From assembly GCF_000195755.1 (NCBI RefSeq), contig NC_002937.3:780001-812000 (forward strand): a DNA stretch of 32,000 nt, written 5' to 3'. Both the position numbers and the translations under genes were made by a program. The DNA comes from Nitratidesulfovibrio vulgaris str. Hildenborough. Lineage in GTDB: Bacteria > Desulfobacterota > Desulfovibrionia > Desulfovibrionales > Desulfovibrionaceae. The notes beneath the pieces are model-generated. The model searched no databases, was not told where the DNA came from, and saw only the letters and a list, made by a program, of their open reading frames with translations. Positions 1-8,924 of the stretch are shown in pieces (the stretch's first letter is position 1; each line of letters begins with the position of its first letter).

Positions 1-950
1 TCAGACGCATCGAAGACATCCTCGGCATGGCGCGCAATACCCTCAAGATGGGGGTGATGGACGAGGAACGGCGAACCACGCTCAATCTTGCGGAGTGCAT
101 ACGGGTGGCTTCGCAGCGTATCATCTTCATCAATACTGGCTTCCTCGACCGTACGGGCGACGAGATACACACCTGCATGGAGGCGGGGCCCGTCGTGCGC
201 AAGAACGACATGAAGGCCCAGCGCTGGATGCTCGCCTATGAGGACTGGAACGTGGACACCGGGCTTGCCGCCGGTTTCGGCGGAAAGGCCCAGATAGGCA
301 AGGGCATGTGGCCCAAGCCCGACAGGCTGGCGGAGATGGTCGCCACCAAGGGGGCGCACCCGCGTGCCGGGGCCAACTGCGCGTGGGTTCCCTCTCCAAC
401 GGCGGCGACGCTGCACGCCCTGCACTACCATGAGGTGGATGTCTTCGCGCGTCAGCGCGAACTTGCCGGATGTCACCGGGCGTCGCTGGACGACCTTTTG
501 GCATTGCCGCTCATGGGTGAGGCGCGTCCCTCGCCCGCTGAAGTGCGCGAAGAACTGGAGAACAACGCCCAGAGCATCCTCGGCTACGTGGTACGGTGGG
601 TCGAGATGGGGATAGGCTGCTCGAAAGTGCCCGATATCCATGACGTGGGTCTCATGGAAGACAGGGCCACCCTGCGTATCTCCAGCCAGCACATCGCCAA
701 CTGGTTGCGCCATGGCATCTGCACGGAGGACGAGGTGCGTGACGTCATGCTACGGATGGCGACCGTGGTCGACAGGCAGAACAAGGATGAACCGGGCTAC
801 CGGCCCATGTCTGCCGACCCCGGTTCCAGCGTGGCGTTCAGGGCGGCATGCGACCTCGTGTTCGAGGGGGCGCGCCAGCCCAACGGGTATACCGAACCCA
901 TCCTCCATGCCCGCAGGCGCGAGGTGAAGGCGCGTAGTCTCACCCGGTAG
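1..950 (+). CDS. glcB: Malate synthase G, C-terminal ~316 codons (5' end lies upstream of the window; reading frame starts at nt 3)
   Basis: Translation [28 protein letters not shown]...[16 protein letters not shown]...[17 protein letters not shown]...[48 protein letters not shown]...[16 protein letters not shown] is near-colinear with the C-terminal half of E. coli GlcB as I remember it. The frame is open back to nt 3. Confidence 0.9.
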   Translation, partial: RRIEDILGMARNTLKMGVMDEERRTTLNLAECIRVASQRIIFINTGFLDRTGDEIHTCMEAGPVVRKNDMKAQRWMLAYEDWNVDTGLAAGFGGKAQIGKGMWPKPDRLAEMVATKGAHPRAGANCAWVPSPTAATLHALHYHEVDVFARQRELAGCHRASLDDLLALPLMGEARPSPAEVREELENNAQSILGYVVRWVEMGIGCSKVPDIHDVGLMEDRATLRISSQHIANWLRHGICTEDEVRDVMLRMATVVDRQNKDEPGYRPMSADPGSSVAFRAACDLVFEGARQPNGYTEPILHARRREVKARSLTR

Positions 951-1100
951 CGACGTGCGGAAGGCCTCAAGGCGTGATGCTGGCGGGGGGCTTCTCCTGT
1001 GAGGTCGCGCGTCCCCGTGTTGCATTCGCGCAGGCGCCAGCACGATGACAGCCGGTCTTCTGCCCGGTGTGCACCAAGATGCGGCGCATGTTCCATGAAG

Positions 1101-1134
1101 GGCGGACTCTCGTTCTGGCGAGAGTCCGCCTTCA
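1101..1134 (+). terminator. Strong hairpin about 150 nt downstream of glcB (12-bp perfect stem ggcggactctcg/cgagagtccgcc, 6-nt loop), followed only by TT
   Basis: Read directly: stem 1101-1112 and 1119-1130, loop ttctgg. The U-tract is weak, so terminator function is uncertain. Confidence 0.35.
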
Positions 1135-1565
1135 GGTCGCTGATAAGGCAGGCAGACAGCGTGAAGCTGGAACTCGTGATCGTGGCTGCTGCAAGTGAAT
1201 CTGCTCGTATCTCTTGTTCCGGCGTACAGGTGCAGGACATTGCGCAACCCCCGCACGGCGTTTTTCTTTCGTGCGCTGATGCGGGTACTCGCTGCATCGG
1301 AAGCGTGTCTTGTTGTCGCCAGTAGCCCTGTGATAGGCTGGCGTTCCTGATGTGGCGCATGTTCGTCTGTGTGCATCTCACATTGGAGCTGCCCAAGGGT
1401 GCGGCGAGCAAAATCTTCAGTGTTGCATCTTTTCGGGAATGTTCGTGCATGAATACGACACAGACGAGGTCTGTCACCGTTGACCGTGGTGCAGCTATGA
1501 GGCTATCTGGACTTCTCTGGTGGAGTTGCATGTCTCGCTGGATGGTTCCGTAATCTGGGGGCGCT

Positions 1566-2012
1566 ATGACTGTTTTCCGAAACGTTGTCTTGAGCACGTT
1601 TTTCTTGGTCTTTTCATGTGCGTATGCCGATGCCGCCCGCTATGTGGGCACGGCAGCGTGCAAGGACTGCCATGAAGGCGAGTACGAGCGTTTCGTCAAG
1701 CATTCCAAGAAGGCCGGTTCGTGGCACAGTGTGGAACGCATGGCCTCCAAGCTGACGGCGGAGGAACTTGCCGGGTGTTATGCCTGCCATACGACAGGCT
1801 ACGGCAAGGGCGGTTTCGTCAACCATGAGGCCACGCCGCACCTTGCCGATGTGGGATGTGAGTCCTGTCATGGGCCGGGGGGCGACCACGTGGCAAACGG
1901 CGATGCCGCATCCATCGGCAAGCCCGACATGAAGACCTGCGAAGGGTGCCATGATGCAAGCCGCGTCCGGTCGTTCGGCTACAAGCCCCTGTTGCATAGC
2001 GGGGCGCATTGA
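1566..2012 (+). CDS. Small secreted tetraheme c-type cytochrome (cytochrome c554-like multiheme family)
   Basis: Four CxxCH haem-binding motifs (CKDCH, CYACH, CESCH, CEGCH) in 148 aa. N-terminal hydrophobic signal-like segment VVLSTFFLVFSCAYA. GGGGG Shine-Dalgarno-like run just upstream of the ATG. Confidence 0.85.
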   Translation: MTVFRNVVLSTFFLVFSCAYADAARYVGTAACKDCHEGEYERFVKHSKKAGSWHSVERMASKLTAEELAGCYACHTTGYGKGGFVNHEATPHLADVGCESCHGPGGDHVANGDAASIGKPDMKTCEGCHDASRVRSFGYKPLLHSGAH

Positions 2013-2171
2013 TGTGACGGCCCGGGGGCTGGCGCGGTAGGCCGGGCGGCGTTGGACTTCCGGCGGCAAATGCCGTATGGGGTCTGATTCTCCACCCGCT
2101 GCGACCCCAGCGCGGGCCGCTCCGGGCGTTTCTGCGCCCGCATCACACACCTTCAGGAGGCGCGCCGCCGC

Positions 2172-3995
2172 ATGGCGGCACACGAGGCTATGCCCAGGCA
2201 GGAACACATCCGCAATTTCAGTATCATCGCGCACATCGACCACGGCAAGTCCACACTTGCCGACCGTATCCTCGAAGTCACCGGTCTCGTCAGCGACCGT
2301 GAGAAGCGCGATCAGTACCTCGACCGTATGGACCTTGAACGTGAGCGCGGCATCACCATCAAGGCCCAGACAGTGCGCATTCCGTTCACTTCGAAGACGG
2401 GGCGCAAGTACATCCTCAATCTCATCGACACGCCCGGTCACGTCGACTTCAACTATGAAGTGTCGCGTTCCCTTGCTGCATGCGACGGTGCGTTGCTCGT
2501 CGTCGACGCGTCGCAGGGCGTAGAGGCCCAGACGCTGGCGAACGTCTACCTCGCCCTCGACCACGACCACGACATCATCCCCGTGCTCAACAAGATAGAC
2601 CTGCCCAGTTCCGATGTGGACAGGGTGAAGGCCGAAATCGAGGAGAGCATAGGCCTCGACTGCACCGATGCCATCGCCGTCAGCGCCAAGACGGGCATGA
2701 ACGTCGACAAGGTGCTGGAAGCCATCGTCGAGCGCCTTCCCGCGCCGGAGGGCAACCTCAATGCGCCGCTCAAGGCTCTCATCTTCGACTCGTGGTATGA
2801 CTCGTATCAGGGCGTTGTGGTGCTCTTCCGCGTCATGGACGGTGTGCTGCGCAAGGGCGACCGCGTTCGCATGTTCGCCACCGAGAAGAGTTACGAGGTG
2901 ATTCGCCTCGGCGTGTTCTCGCCTGACATCGTCGACGTGGCCGAACTCGGCGCGGGCGAGGTGGGCTTTCTGTGCGCCAACATCAAGGAACTGGGCGACG
3001 CGAAGGTGGGTGACACCATCACCCACACCGACAGGCCCGCTTCGGAGCCTGTGCCGGGCTTCAAAGAGGTACAGCCCATGGTCTTCTGCGGCCTGTACCC
3101 CACCGATGCCGCAGAGTATGAGCCGCTGAAGGCCTCGCTGGAGAAGCTGCAACTCAACGACGCCGCCTTCTCCTATGAGCCGGAGACGTCGCAGGCCCTC
3201 GGCTTCGGCTTCCGGTGCGGCTTCCTCGGTCTCTTGCACATGGAGATCATTCAGGAGCGGCTCGAGCGCGAGTTCCAGGTCGACCTCATCGCCACCGCCC
3301 CCTCGGTCATCTACAAGGTCGAGACCGTGGACGGCAAGACGCAGGATATCGACAACCCCTCCAAGCTGCCCGACCCCACGCGCATCACGTCGCTCTACGA
3401 GCCGTATGTCCGCATGGACATCCACGTACCCAACGAGTTCGTGGGCAACGTGCTCAAGCTGTGCGAAGAGAAGCGCGGCATCCAGAAGAACATGGGCTAC
3501 ATCGCGGCCAACCGCGTGGTGATAACCTATGAGTTGCCGTTCGCCGAGATCGTGTTCGACTTCTTCGACAGGCTGAAGTCGGGCACCAAGGGCTATGCCT
3601 CGATGGACTACGAGCCCGTCGACTACCGCGAGTCCAGTCTCGTCCGTCTCGACATCCTCATCAACGGAGAGGCGGTGGACGCCCTCGCGGTCATCGTGCA
3701 CCGCGACAAGGCGTATCACTATGGCCGTGCGCTGGCCCTCAAGCTGAAACGCACCATCCCCCGTCAGCTTTTCGAGGTGGCCATCCAGGCGGCCATCGGG
3801 CAGAAGGTCATCGCCCGCGAGACCATCTCCGCCATGCGCAAGAACGTGACCGCCAAGTGCTACGGCGGCGACATCACGCGTAAGCGCAAGCTGCTCGAAA
3901 AGCAGAAGGAAGGGAAGCGCCGCATGAAGCGCATGGGTAACGTCGAACTGCCGCAGGAGGCATTCCTCGCGGCGTTGCAGGTGGGCGACGAATAA
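2172..3995 (+). CDS. lepA: Elongation factor 4 (translational GTPase LepA)
   Basis: [20 protein letters not shown] (G1), DTPGHVDF (G3), NKIDL (G4), and the conserved LepA C-terminal domain ...[26 protein letters not shown]-like tail. AGGAGG lies 11 nt upstream of the ATG at 2172. An alternative start is the ATG at 2190. Confidence 0.97.
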   Translation: MAAHEAMPRQEHIRNFSIIAHIDHGKSTLADRILEVTGLVSDREKRDQYLDRMDLERERGITIKAQTVRIPFTSKTGRKYILNLIDTPGHVDFNYEVSRSLAACDGALLVVDASQGVEAQTLANVYLALDHDHDIIPVLNKIDLPSSDVDRVKAEIEESIGLDCTDAIAVSAKTGMNVDKVLEAIVERLPAPEGNLNAPLKALIFDSWYDSYQGVVVLFRVMDGVLRKGDRVRMFATEKSYEVIRLGVFSPDIVDVAELGAGEVGFLCANIKELGDAKVGDTITHTDRPASEPVPGFKEVQPMVFCGLYPTDAAEYEPLKASLEKLQLNDAAFSYEPETSQALGFGFRCGFLGLLHMEIIQERLEREFQVDLIATAPSVIYKVETVDGKTQDIDNPSKLPDPTRITSLYEPYVRMDIHVPNEFVGNVLKLCEEKRGIQKNMGYIAANRVVITYELPFAEIVFDFFDRLKSGTKGYASMDYEPVDYRESSLVRLDILINGEAVDALAVIVHRDKAYHYGRALALKLKRTIPRQLFEVAIQAAIGQKVIARETISAMRKNVTAKCYGGDITRKRKLLEKQKEGKRRMKRMGNVELPQEAFLAALQVGDE

Positions 3996-4041
3996 CGCCC
4001 GCCACCGCCGCACGCAGAGTGCGGTTTCGGAGGCATCCTCA

Positions 4042-4641
4042 ATGGCTCAGAAGAATCTGCTGCTGGAATACATCGAAGCGTTGCTTGTCGCCTTCGTCCT
4101 CGCCATGTTCATCCGTACCTTCGTGGTACAGGCGTACAAGATACCTTCGGGTTCCATGCTTGAGACGCTCCAGATAGGCGACCATCTGCTGGTGAACAAG
4201 TTCCTGTACGGCGTGAAGATACCCTTCACCCACGAGTACATGATCAAGGGCAAGGACCCCAAGCGCGGCGACATCATCGTCTTCGAATATCCCAACAATC
4301 CGTCCATCGACTACATCAAACGTATCGTGGGCGTTCCCGGCGATGTCATCGAGGTGCGCGACAAGCAGTTGTACCGCAACGGCGAGAAGGTCGAGGAGTC
4401 GTACATCCGTCACTCCGAAGGCGATGTGGTGCAGCCGGGCGTACGCGACAACTACGGCCCGGTGACGGTGCCCGAGGGCAAGTACTTCGCCATGGGCGAC
4501 AACCGCGACGATTCGCAGGACTCGCGCTTCTGGGGATTCGTCGACCGTACCGCCATCCACGGCAGGGCATGGATCATCTACTGGTCGTGGGAAGGTCTCG
4601 GCAACGTGCGCTGGGAGCGTGTCGGCAACGTGCTGCACTAG
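4042..4641 (+). CDS. lepB: Signal peptidase I
   Basis: N-terminal TM segment, catalytic-Ser box IPSGSMLETL, the YIKRIVGVPGD box and the GDNRDDSQDSRFWGFV box. Located immediately downstream of lepA, the classic lepAB arrangement. Confidence 0.93.
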   Translation: MAQKNLLLEYIEALLVAFVLAMFIRTFVVQAYKIPSGSMLETLQIGDHLLVNKFLYGVKIPFTHEYMIKGKDPKRGDIIVFEYPNNPSIDYIKRIVGVPGDVIEVRDKQLYRNGEKVEESYIRHSEGDVVQPGVRDNYGPVTVPEGKYFAMGDNRDDSQDSRFWGFVDRTAIHGRAWIIYWSWEGLGNVRWERVGNVLH

Positions 4642-4663
4642 CGGCGACAGTCAATATGCTGAA

Positions 4664-4692
4664 AAGGGAGGCGGTAACGCCTCCCTTTCTCA
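4664..4692 (+). terminator. Rho-independent terminator of lepAB
   Basis: 10-bp GC-rich stem aagggaggcg/cgcctccctt with a GTAA loop, followed by tctcatt. It sits 23 nt after the lepB stop. Confidence 0.65.
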
Positions 4693-4996
4693 TTGATGGA
4701 GTCCGATAGCATAAGGGGAACGGCTGGTGTTGCCGTATTGCGTATCTAGCCCCCTCGCCCGGAGGAGGGCGGTCTATGAAACCAATTGGGTATCTTCCCC
4801 TGCGTGCCATATCGCAGGTCAATTGCCACCATGGATGATGGTGTGATTGCGCGGTTGCCTCTCTTCACTCTCAAAGGGCGACCATCGTCGAAGAAATGTA
4901 TGCCTCCCGGGTGCAGAGGACGCAACCCTTGCGCCACATGCACGGGGCAAGGAGCAACCGCCTTGTGTGGCGCGGGGTAGGACCCCATTCACGAAG

Positions 4997-5025
4997 CAGG
5001 CTCAGGGACAGGTCCCCTGAGCCTG
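4997..5025 (-). terminator. Hairpin downstream of dctM (11-bp stem caggctcaggg/ccctgagcctg, 7-nt loop); possible terminator usable from either strand
   Basis: Read directly. It sits 66 nt after the dctM stop. The T-tracts on both strands are weak. Confidence 0.4.
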
Positions 5026-5090
5026 TTGTCGCTACATGACGGTGCATTGACAGGCGGAGGTGTTTGGATCGCGTGACGCCGCGATTCTGG

Positions 5091-6374
5091 TCAGAGATAT
5101 CCTAGATGACCGGGAACCAGGGTGGCCAACTGCGGCACGAAAACCACCAGCAACATGGCGATGGTCATGGCAAGCACGAACCAGAGCACCCATGGCACGG
5201 TCTCCTCTATGCCGATGTCCGCGATGCGGGTCGTGACCATGAGATTCAGCGCCAGGGGCGGCGTGAACTGGCCAATGGCCAGACACATGGTCATGATCAC
5301 GCCGAACCACACGGCGTTCCAGCCGAAATGGGTCATCACCGGCAGCAGAATCGGTATGAAGATGAACAGGATGGACACGCCGTCAAGGAACATTCCGGCG
5401 ATGATCAGCACCAGAACCACGGCCAGAAGCGTCATCGTCTCGCTGGTCGAGATGCCGATGAGCGCATTGCCCATGGCCTCGAAGGCGCCCAGCGTGCTGC
5501 CTGCCCACGCGAAGACCGAGGACAGCGCGATGATCATCATCACCACGGCCGAAACTTCTGCCGACTCCACAAGCAGTTCGTAGATGCCACGCAGGGTCAG
5601 CGTGCGGTACACGAAGAAGCCCACGAACAGCCCGTAGAACACGGCGGCCACGGCGGCCTCGGTCGGCGTGAAGTAGCCGGACCGGATGCCGCCGAGGATG
5701 ATGACTGGCGCGAGAAGCCCCCAGATGGCTTCCTTGAAGGCGATGAGGATGCTTCCGCAGGACGCGTCGTCGCCAACGAGGCCGAAGCCGTGCCGCACGG
5801 ACAGGGCCCACGCCGGGATGATGAGAGCTATGCCCGCCAGAAAGCCCGGGATGAGGCCCGCCGCGAACAGGGCCGGTACGGACGCCTGCGGCACGAGCAC
5901 GCTGTAGAGGATGAAGGCGATTGACGGCGGGATGAGGATGGCCGTCGACCCCGCGGCGGCGATGAGGCCAGCGGAGAATGCCTTGGGGTATCCCGCGGCC
6001 GCCATCCCCGGTATCATGACCATGGCCACGGCCGCAGCGTCGGCGGGTCCGGAGCCGGAAATGCCGCCCAGAACCATGCAGACCATGATGGACGCGATGG
6101 CCAGACCCCCGCGCAGCGGACCCACGAGAGCGACGGTGAAATTGACGAGCCGCAGGGCCACGCCGGATCGCTCGAACACCATGCCAGCGAAGATGAACAT
6201 CGGAATGGCCAGCAGGGGATACTTGGCCACGCCCGTGTATACGCTGATGGGCACGGACAGCAGGCCGAGCTTGGCTGCGGCGATGGCCACCGTGGCGGAT
6301 AGACCCATGGCCGTGGCCAGAGGCACGCCGATGAACATCATGACTGCGAACAGTCCGAAAAGGAGGATGGTCAT
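5091..6374 (-). CDS. dctM: TRAP transporter large permease subunit (DctM family), 427 aa
   Basis: Highly hydrophobic multi-TM sequence starting MTILLFGLFAVMMFIGVPLATAMG, typical of a DctM N-terminus. Its ATG overlaps the dctQ stop (ATGA at 6371-6374). The 633-aa track ORF is an artefactual upstream extension. Confidence 0.9.
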   Translation of the reverse strand: MTILLFGLFAVMMFIGVPLATAMGLSATVAIAAAKLGLLSVPISVYTGVAKYPLLAIPMFIFAGMVFERSGVALRLVNFTVALVGPLRGGLAIASIMVCMVLGGISGSGPADAAAVAMVMIPGMAAAGYPKAFSAGLIAAAGSTAILIPPSIAFILYSVLVPQASVPALFAAGLIPGFLAGIALIIPAWALSVRHGFGLVGDDASCGSILIAFKEAIWGLLAPVIILGGIRSGYFTPTEAAVAAVFYGLFVGFFVYRTLTLRGIYELLVESAEVSAVVMMIIALSSVFAWAGSTLGAFEAMGNALIGISTSETMTLLAVVLVLIIAGMFLDGVSILFIFIPILLPVMTHFGWNAVWFGVIMTMCLAIGQFTPPLALNLMVTTRIADIGIEETVPWVLWFVLAMTIAMLLVVFVPQLATLVPGHLGYL

Positions 6375-6841
6375 GCCTTGCCCCTGCGCTGGAAAAGCAT
6401 CAGGACAAGGCGCAGCACGATGACGGCGGCGGCCAGCGGAAGCCAGCCGCTGTACCACCATTGCGGCACGCCGAGGGCCGGAGATGTCACTTCGAAGGAG
6501 TAGTCGTCCCAGGCGACCAGGGCCGCGAGCCACGTCAGCATGCCGAACATGGCGACGTTGCACATCCATGCCAGAGCGTTGCAGACCTTGCGGCCTGTGT
6601 CGGGAAGGGAGTTCACGAACAGCGTGATGCGCACGTGGCGGCCTTCGGCAAAGGCGGACACGGCACCGACCAGAGTCAGGACCATGAGCAGAAAGACCGA
6701 GACCTCTTCGGTCATGGCGAATGAGACGTTGGTGCAGTAGCGCATGACGACGTTGGCACCCGTGATGAGCGTCAGCGCGGCCATGACCAGCGCGGCCAGC
6801 GCACGCTCGATGCGGGCGGGCTGTTTCTTGGTGGGTTCCAT
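6371..6841 (-). CDS. dctQ: TRAP transporter small permease subunit (DctQ family), 156 aa
   Basis: MEPTKKQPARIERALAALVMAALTLITGANVVMRY... with four hydrophobic segments. AAGGAA lies 6 nt upstream of the ATG at 6841. Located between dctP and dctM. Confidence 0.85.
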   Translation of the reverse strand: MEPTKKQPARIERALAALVMAALTLITGANVVMRYCTNVSFAMTEEVSVFLLMVLTLVGAVSAFAEGRHVRITLFVNSLPDTGRKVCNALAWMCNVAMFGMLTWLAALVAWDDYSFEVTSPALGVPQWWYSGWLPLAAAVIVLRLVLMLFQRRGKA

Positions 6842-6925
6842 GGAAGTTCCTTGGCGTCGGCGAGAGACGGCGGGACGACCCGCCGTCACGGAAGCGGCCC
6901 GCCGCCGGGGCGGGCCGCGGGATTC

Positions 6926-7942
6926 CTAACGGGATGCGGCGATGGCGTCCTCGGCCTTCTTCACCAGATCTTTTCCGACCACTTCCGCCCATTTGTCGAA
7001 GACGGGGCGGGTGGCTTTCTGAAACGGCTTGCGCTGCTCGTCCGTAAGGCGGGTGACGGTCACGCCGTTCTTTTCAATCTCCTTGAGCAGGGAGTCGTCC
7101 TCAGGGGTGATGCCCTTGCGCGCGTCGATCAGGTTCTCGGCAGCCGTTTGCTTGGCCGCTTCAGCCACGATGGCCCGGTCGGCCTCGCTCCATTCTTCCC
7201 ATACCTTCTTGCTGACCACATAGAACAGCGGGTCGGCCATGTAGCCCCAAAGGGTCAGGTACTTCTGCTCGACGGTGTGCAGCTTGGCGGCATTGAACAC
7301 GGACAGGGGGTTCTCCTGACCGTCGACGGCCTTGGTAGCCAGGGCCGGTTGTGCGTCGGCCCAGCTCATCTGGGTCGGGTTGGCGCCCAGTGCGGTGAAA
7401 CCGTCGATGAAGATGGGAGAGCCGACAACGCGGATCTTGAGACCCTTCAGGTCAGCCGGGGACGTGACGTTCACCTTGGAGTTGGAAAGTTCGCGGAAGC
7501 CGTTTTCGCCAATGGCCAGCGGTACCACTCCCTGCTTGTCGAGGATGGCGAAGATGTCAGCGGCCACGGGGCCTGTGGTCAGGGCGTCAAAGGCCTTCTC
7601 GTCGGGCATGAGGAAGGGCAGGGAGAACAGGTTGAGCTGCTTGACCTGAGGCGACCAGTTGATGGACGAGCCAACGGCCATGTCTATCACTCCCTGGCGG
7701 ATGGCGGTGAACTCCTTGGTCTGGTCGCCGCCGACAAGACTTGTGCCGGGATATACCTTGATGTTGATCCGGCCTTCGGTATTTTCGCGGACCAGATTGG
7801 CCCAGCGCTCGGCCGCGCGGCCCCACGGAAAGGCTGGTCCGAGAACCGTGGAAAGGCGATATTCCGGTTTGTACTCAGCAGCGTTCACCGTGAGCGAGGT
7901 GAACACCAGACACAACGCGAGCAGGACAACGAATCTCTTCAT
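6926..7942 (-). CDS. dctP: TRAP transporter periplasmic solute-binding protein (DctP family), 338 aa
   Basis: Signal peptide MKRFVVLLALCLVFTSLTVNAA followed by DctP-like sequence (YRLSTVLGPAFPWGRAAERWANLV...INIKVYPGTSLVGGDQTKEFTAIRQGVIDMAVGSS). AGGGGAA RBS upstream. Confidence 0.9.
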   Translation of the reverse strand: MKRFVVLLALCLVFTSLTVNAAEYKPEYRLSTVLGPAFPWGRAAERWANLVRENTEGRINIKVYPGTSLVGGDQTKEFTAIRQGVIDMAVGSSINWSPQVKQLNLFSLPFLMPDEKAFDALTTGPVAADIFAILDKQGVVPLAIGENGFRELSNSKVNVTSPADLKGLKIRVVGSPIFIDGFTALGANPTQMSWADAQPALATKAVDGQENPLSVFNAAKLHTVEQKYLTLWGYMADPLFYVVSKKVWEEWSEADRAIVAEAAKQTAAENLIDARKGITPEDDSLLKEIEKNGVTVTRLTDEQRKPFQKATRPVFDKWAEVVGKDLVKKAEDAIAASR

Positions 7943-8060
7943 GCGCAATTCCCCTATGATGCTGTCGTTGATTTGCAAAAGCCCCCATGTTCACCAGACA
8001 TCGGCTCTTGTACGGCCGGATGCCGCGATGCTCCGTCCTGCATCTGCTGTCCTGTTGGAA

Positions 8061-8076
8061 AGCGCACACAGTGCCA
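8061..8076 (-). promoter_or_regulatory. Candidate sigma-54 (-24/-12) promoter for dctPQM
   Basis: The minus strand reads TGGCACTGTGTGCGCT. The GG-N10-GC spacing is satisfied and the -24 TGGCAC is perfect, but the -12 box is GCGCT rather than TTGCW. It lies about 120 nt upstream of the dctP ATG. The -24 hexamer is also one arm of the inverted repeat GTGCCA-ca-TGGCAC (8071-8084), so this could instead be a regulator binding site. Confidence 0.3.
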
Positions 8077-8584
8077 CATGGCACATAGAGAAGGCTTCAC
8101 GCCATTGTAATGGCGCTCCACCGGCAATCGTTACCTGACGGTAGGTTCGTCAGGTGAAAAGGATGACGTCAAGTCATGGTAAAGCGGTACGCGATGGTCG
8201 TGGTGGGCTCTTCAGAAAGAAGAAATACCATATCAAATGTGGGGCATACCACCGAACCGCAACTTCTGGGGGAATCTTTCATGCTCAGGAAGAACCCTAT
8301 CGTATCGGCATCTGAACTTAAAGCGCTTCTTGACGGCGATGAGGATGTTTTTAGGGGAATCGTCCCCGGTGGCGTCCCGCAATACTGGAAGCCGTGTTGG
8401 AAACAGCGCTTGGCGCAGCCAGGAGTGAGCGCATAGAAGGCCACCCGGCCTGTCGCAGTGGCTTGGATGGGCGCGCCCCTATCACCTCGTCGACAATCAA
8501 GAACCTCTCGAGTCCCGCAGGGCCGCTTGGGGTGTCTCTTCACCCAAGTCTCTGCACACTGCCGGAAAATAGCTGCATACGGGC

Positions 8585-8616
8585 TGTCGCGCATCGTGGG
8601 GACATGATGCGCGACA
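8585..8616. repeat. Perfect 11-bp inverted repeat (hairpin tgtcgcgcatc-N10-gatgcgcgaca) inside an ORF-poor spacer
   Basis: Read directly from the sequence. Function unknown. Confidence 0.6.
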
Positions 8617-8924
8617 TTGTCGTGTAGTTGCTCTTGGTGCCATTTGGTGGTGGGCACAACGCCTTGTGCATGGATTCTGAAGAGCGACCCGTGAAAGGGA
8701 CCTCTACCCGGCCCGTTTGTGACAGGGGTACCCCGGAAGGCCCGGAATAGCCTTGTCTCGTTACAGTATAGTATTCCGCTGGTATTGCTGTTTTCACTGC
8801 CGCGGACGTGCACCGTTCCCGTCGCGTTGCGGGTGCGGGCACTTTGCTATATCGAAAGACGTTTCCGATACTGTTTGGTTAACGTCGACGGGGGGATGTG
8901 ACGCATCCTCCGGCAGGGGGCGTG

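Noticed and set aside
1614-4013. 799-aa minus-strand ORF antisense to lepA. Similar long antisense ORFs occur at 8847-10541, 11483-12826, 13545-14675, 14456-16066, 24033-25121, 24959-26335, 25966-27474, 22469-23605, 30325-31320, and on the plus strand at 5106-5924 and 6851-8110.
   Set aside because: These are shadow ORFs typical of high-GC DNA. Their translations are Arg/Ala/Gly/His/Asp-rich low-complexity strings with no motifs, and each lies opposite a confidently identified gene.
4004-4024. Small hairpin ccgcac-gcaga-gtgcgg followed by TTT between lepA and lepB; considered as a terminator
   Set aside because: It has only a 6-bp stem and lies 18 nt before the lepB ATG with its GGAGG RBS. 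lepAB are classically co-transcribed, so it is at most a weak pause or stability element.
4786-4980. Cys-rich small ORF (MDDGVIARL...CMPPGCRGRNPCATCTGQGATALCGAG) in the 400-bp convergent lepB/dctM spacer; considered as a possible small peptide or RiPP-like precursor
   Set aside because: There is no Shine-Dalgarno sequence before either ATG, third-position composition is mixed and unlike host genes, and no neighbouring maturation genes exist. I also saw no tRNA-like or known sRNA motif in 4693-4996.
6375-6992. N-terminal 206-aa extension of the 633-aa track ORF containing dctM
   Set aside because: The extension is Arg/Gly/Pro-rich nonsense overlapping dctQ in another frame. The hydrophobic DctM sequence begins at the ATG at 6374, which overlaps the dctQ stop.
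8176-8436. 86-aa plus-strand ORF, with a 51-aa inner ORF from 8281 that has a GGGGGA RBS. The stretch IVSASELKALLDGDEDV vaguely recalls a rhodanese N-terminus.
   Set aside because: The resemblance covers only about 15 residues and is lost immediately afterwards. Codon bias is atypical. At best this is a decayed gene remnant, and it is folded into the spacer finding instead.
8440-8475. The minus-strand CCAAGCCACUGCGACAGGCCGG looked faintly like a cobalamin riboswitch B12 box
   Set aside because: The other conserved cobalamin-riboswitch elements (GGUG..AAUCC, GCCACUG in context, the GGGAA region) are absent nearby, and the downstream gene context (dctP) does not fit.
7943-8924. Searched by eye for tRNA, tmRNA, RNase P RNA, SRP RNA, CRISPR repeats and group II intron domain V in the long spacer
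   Set aside because: No T-loop GTTCGAATC-type motif, no GGAAAGTCCGGGC, no SRP GGAAG-loop context, no regularly spaced direct repeats, and no domain V consensus were found.
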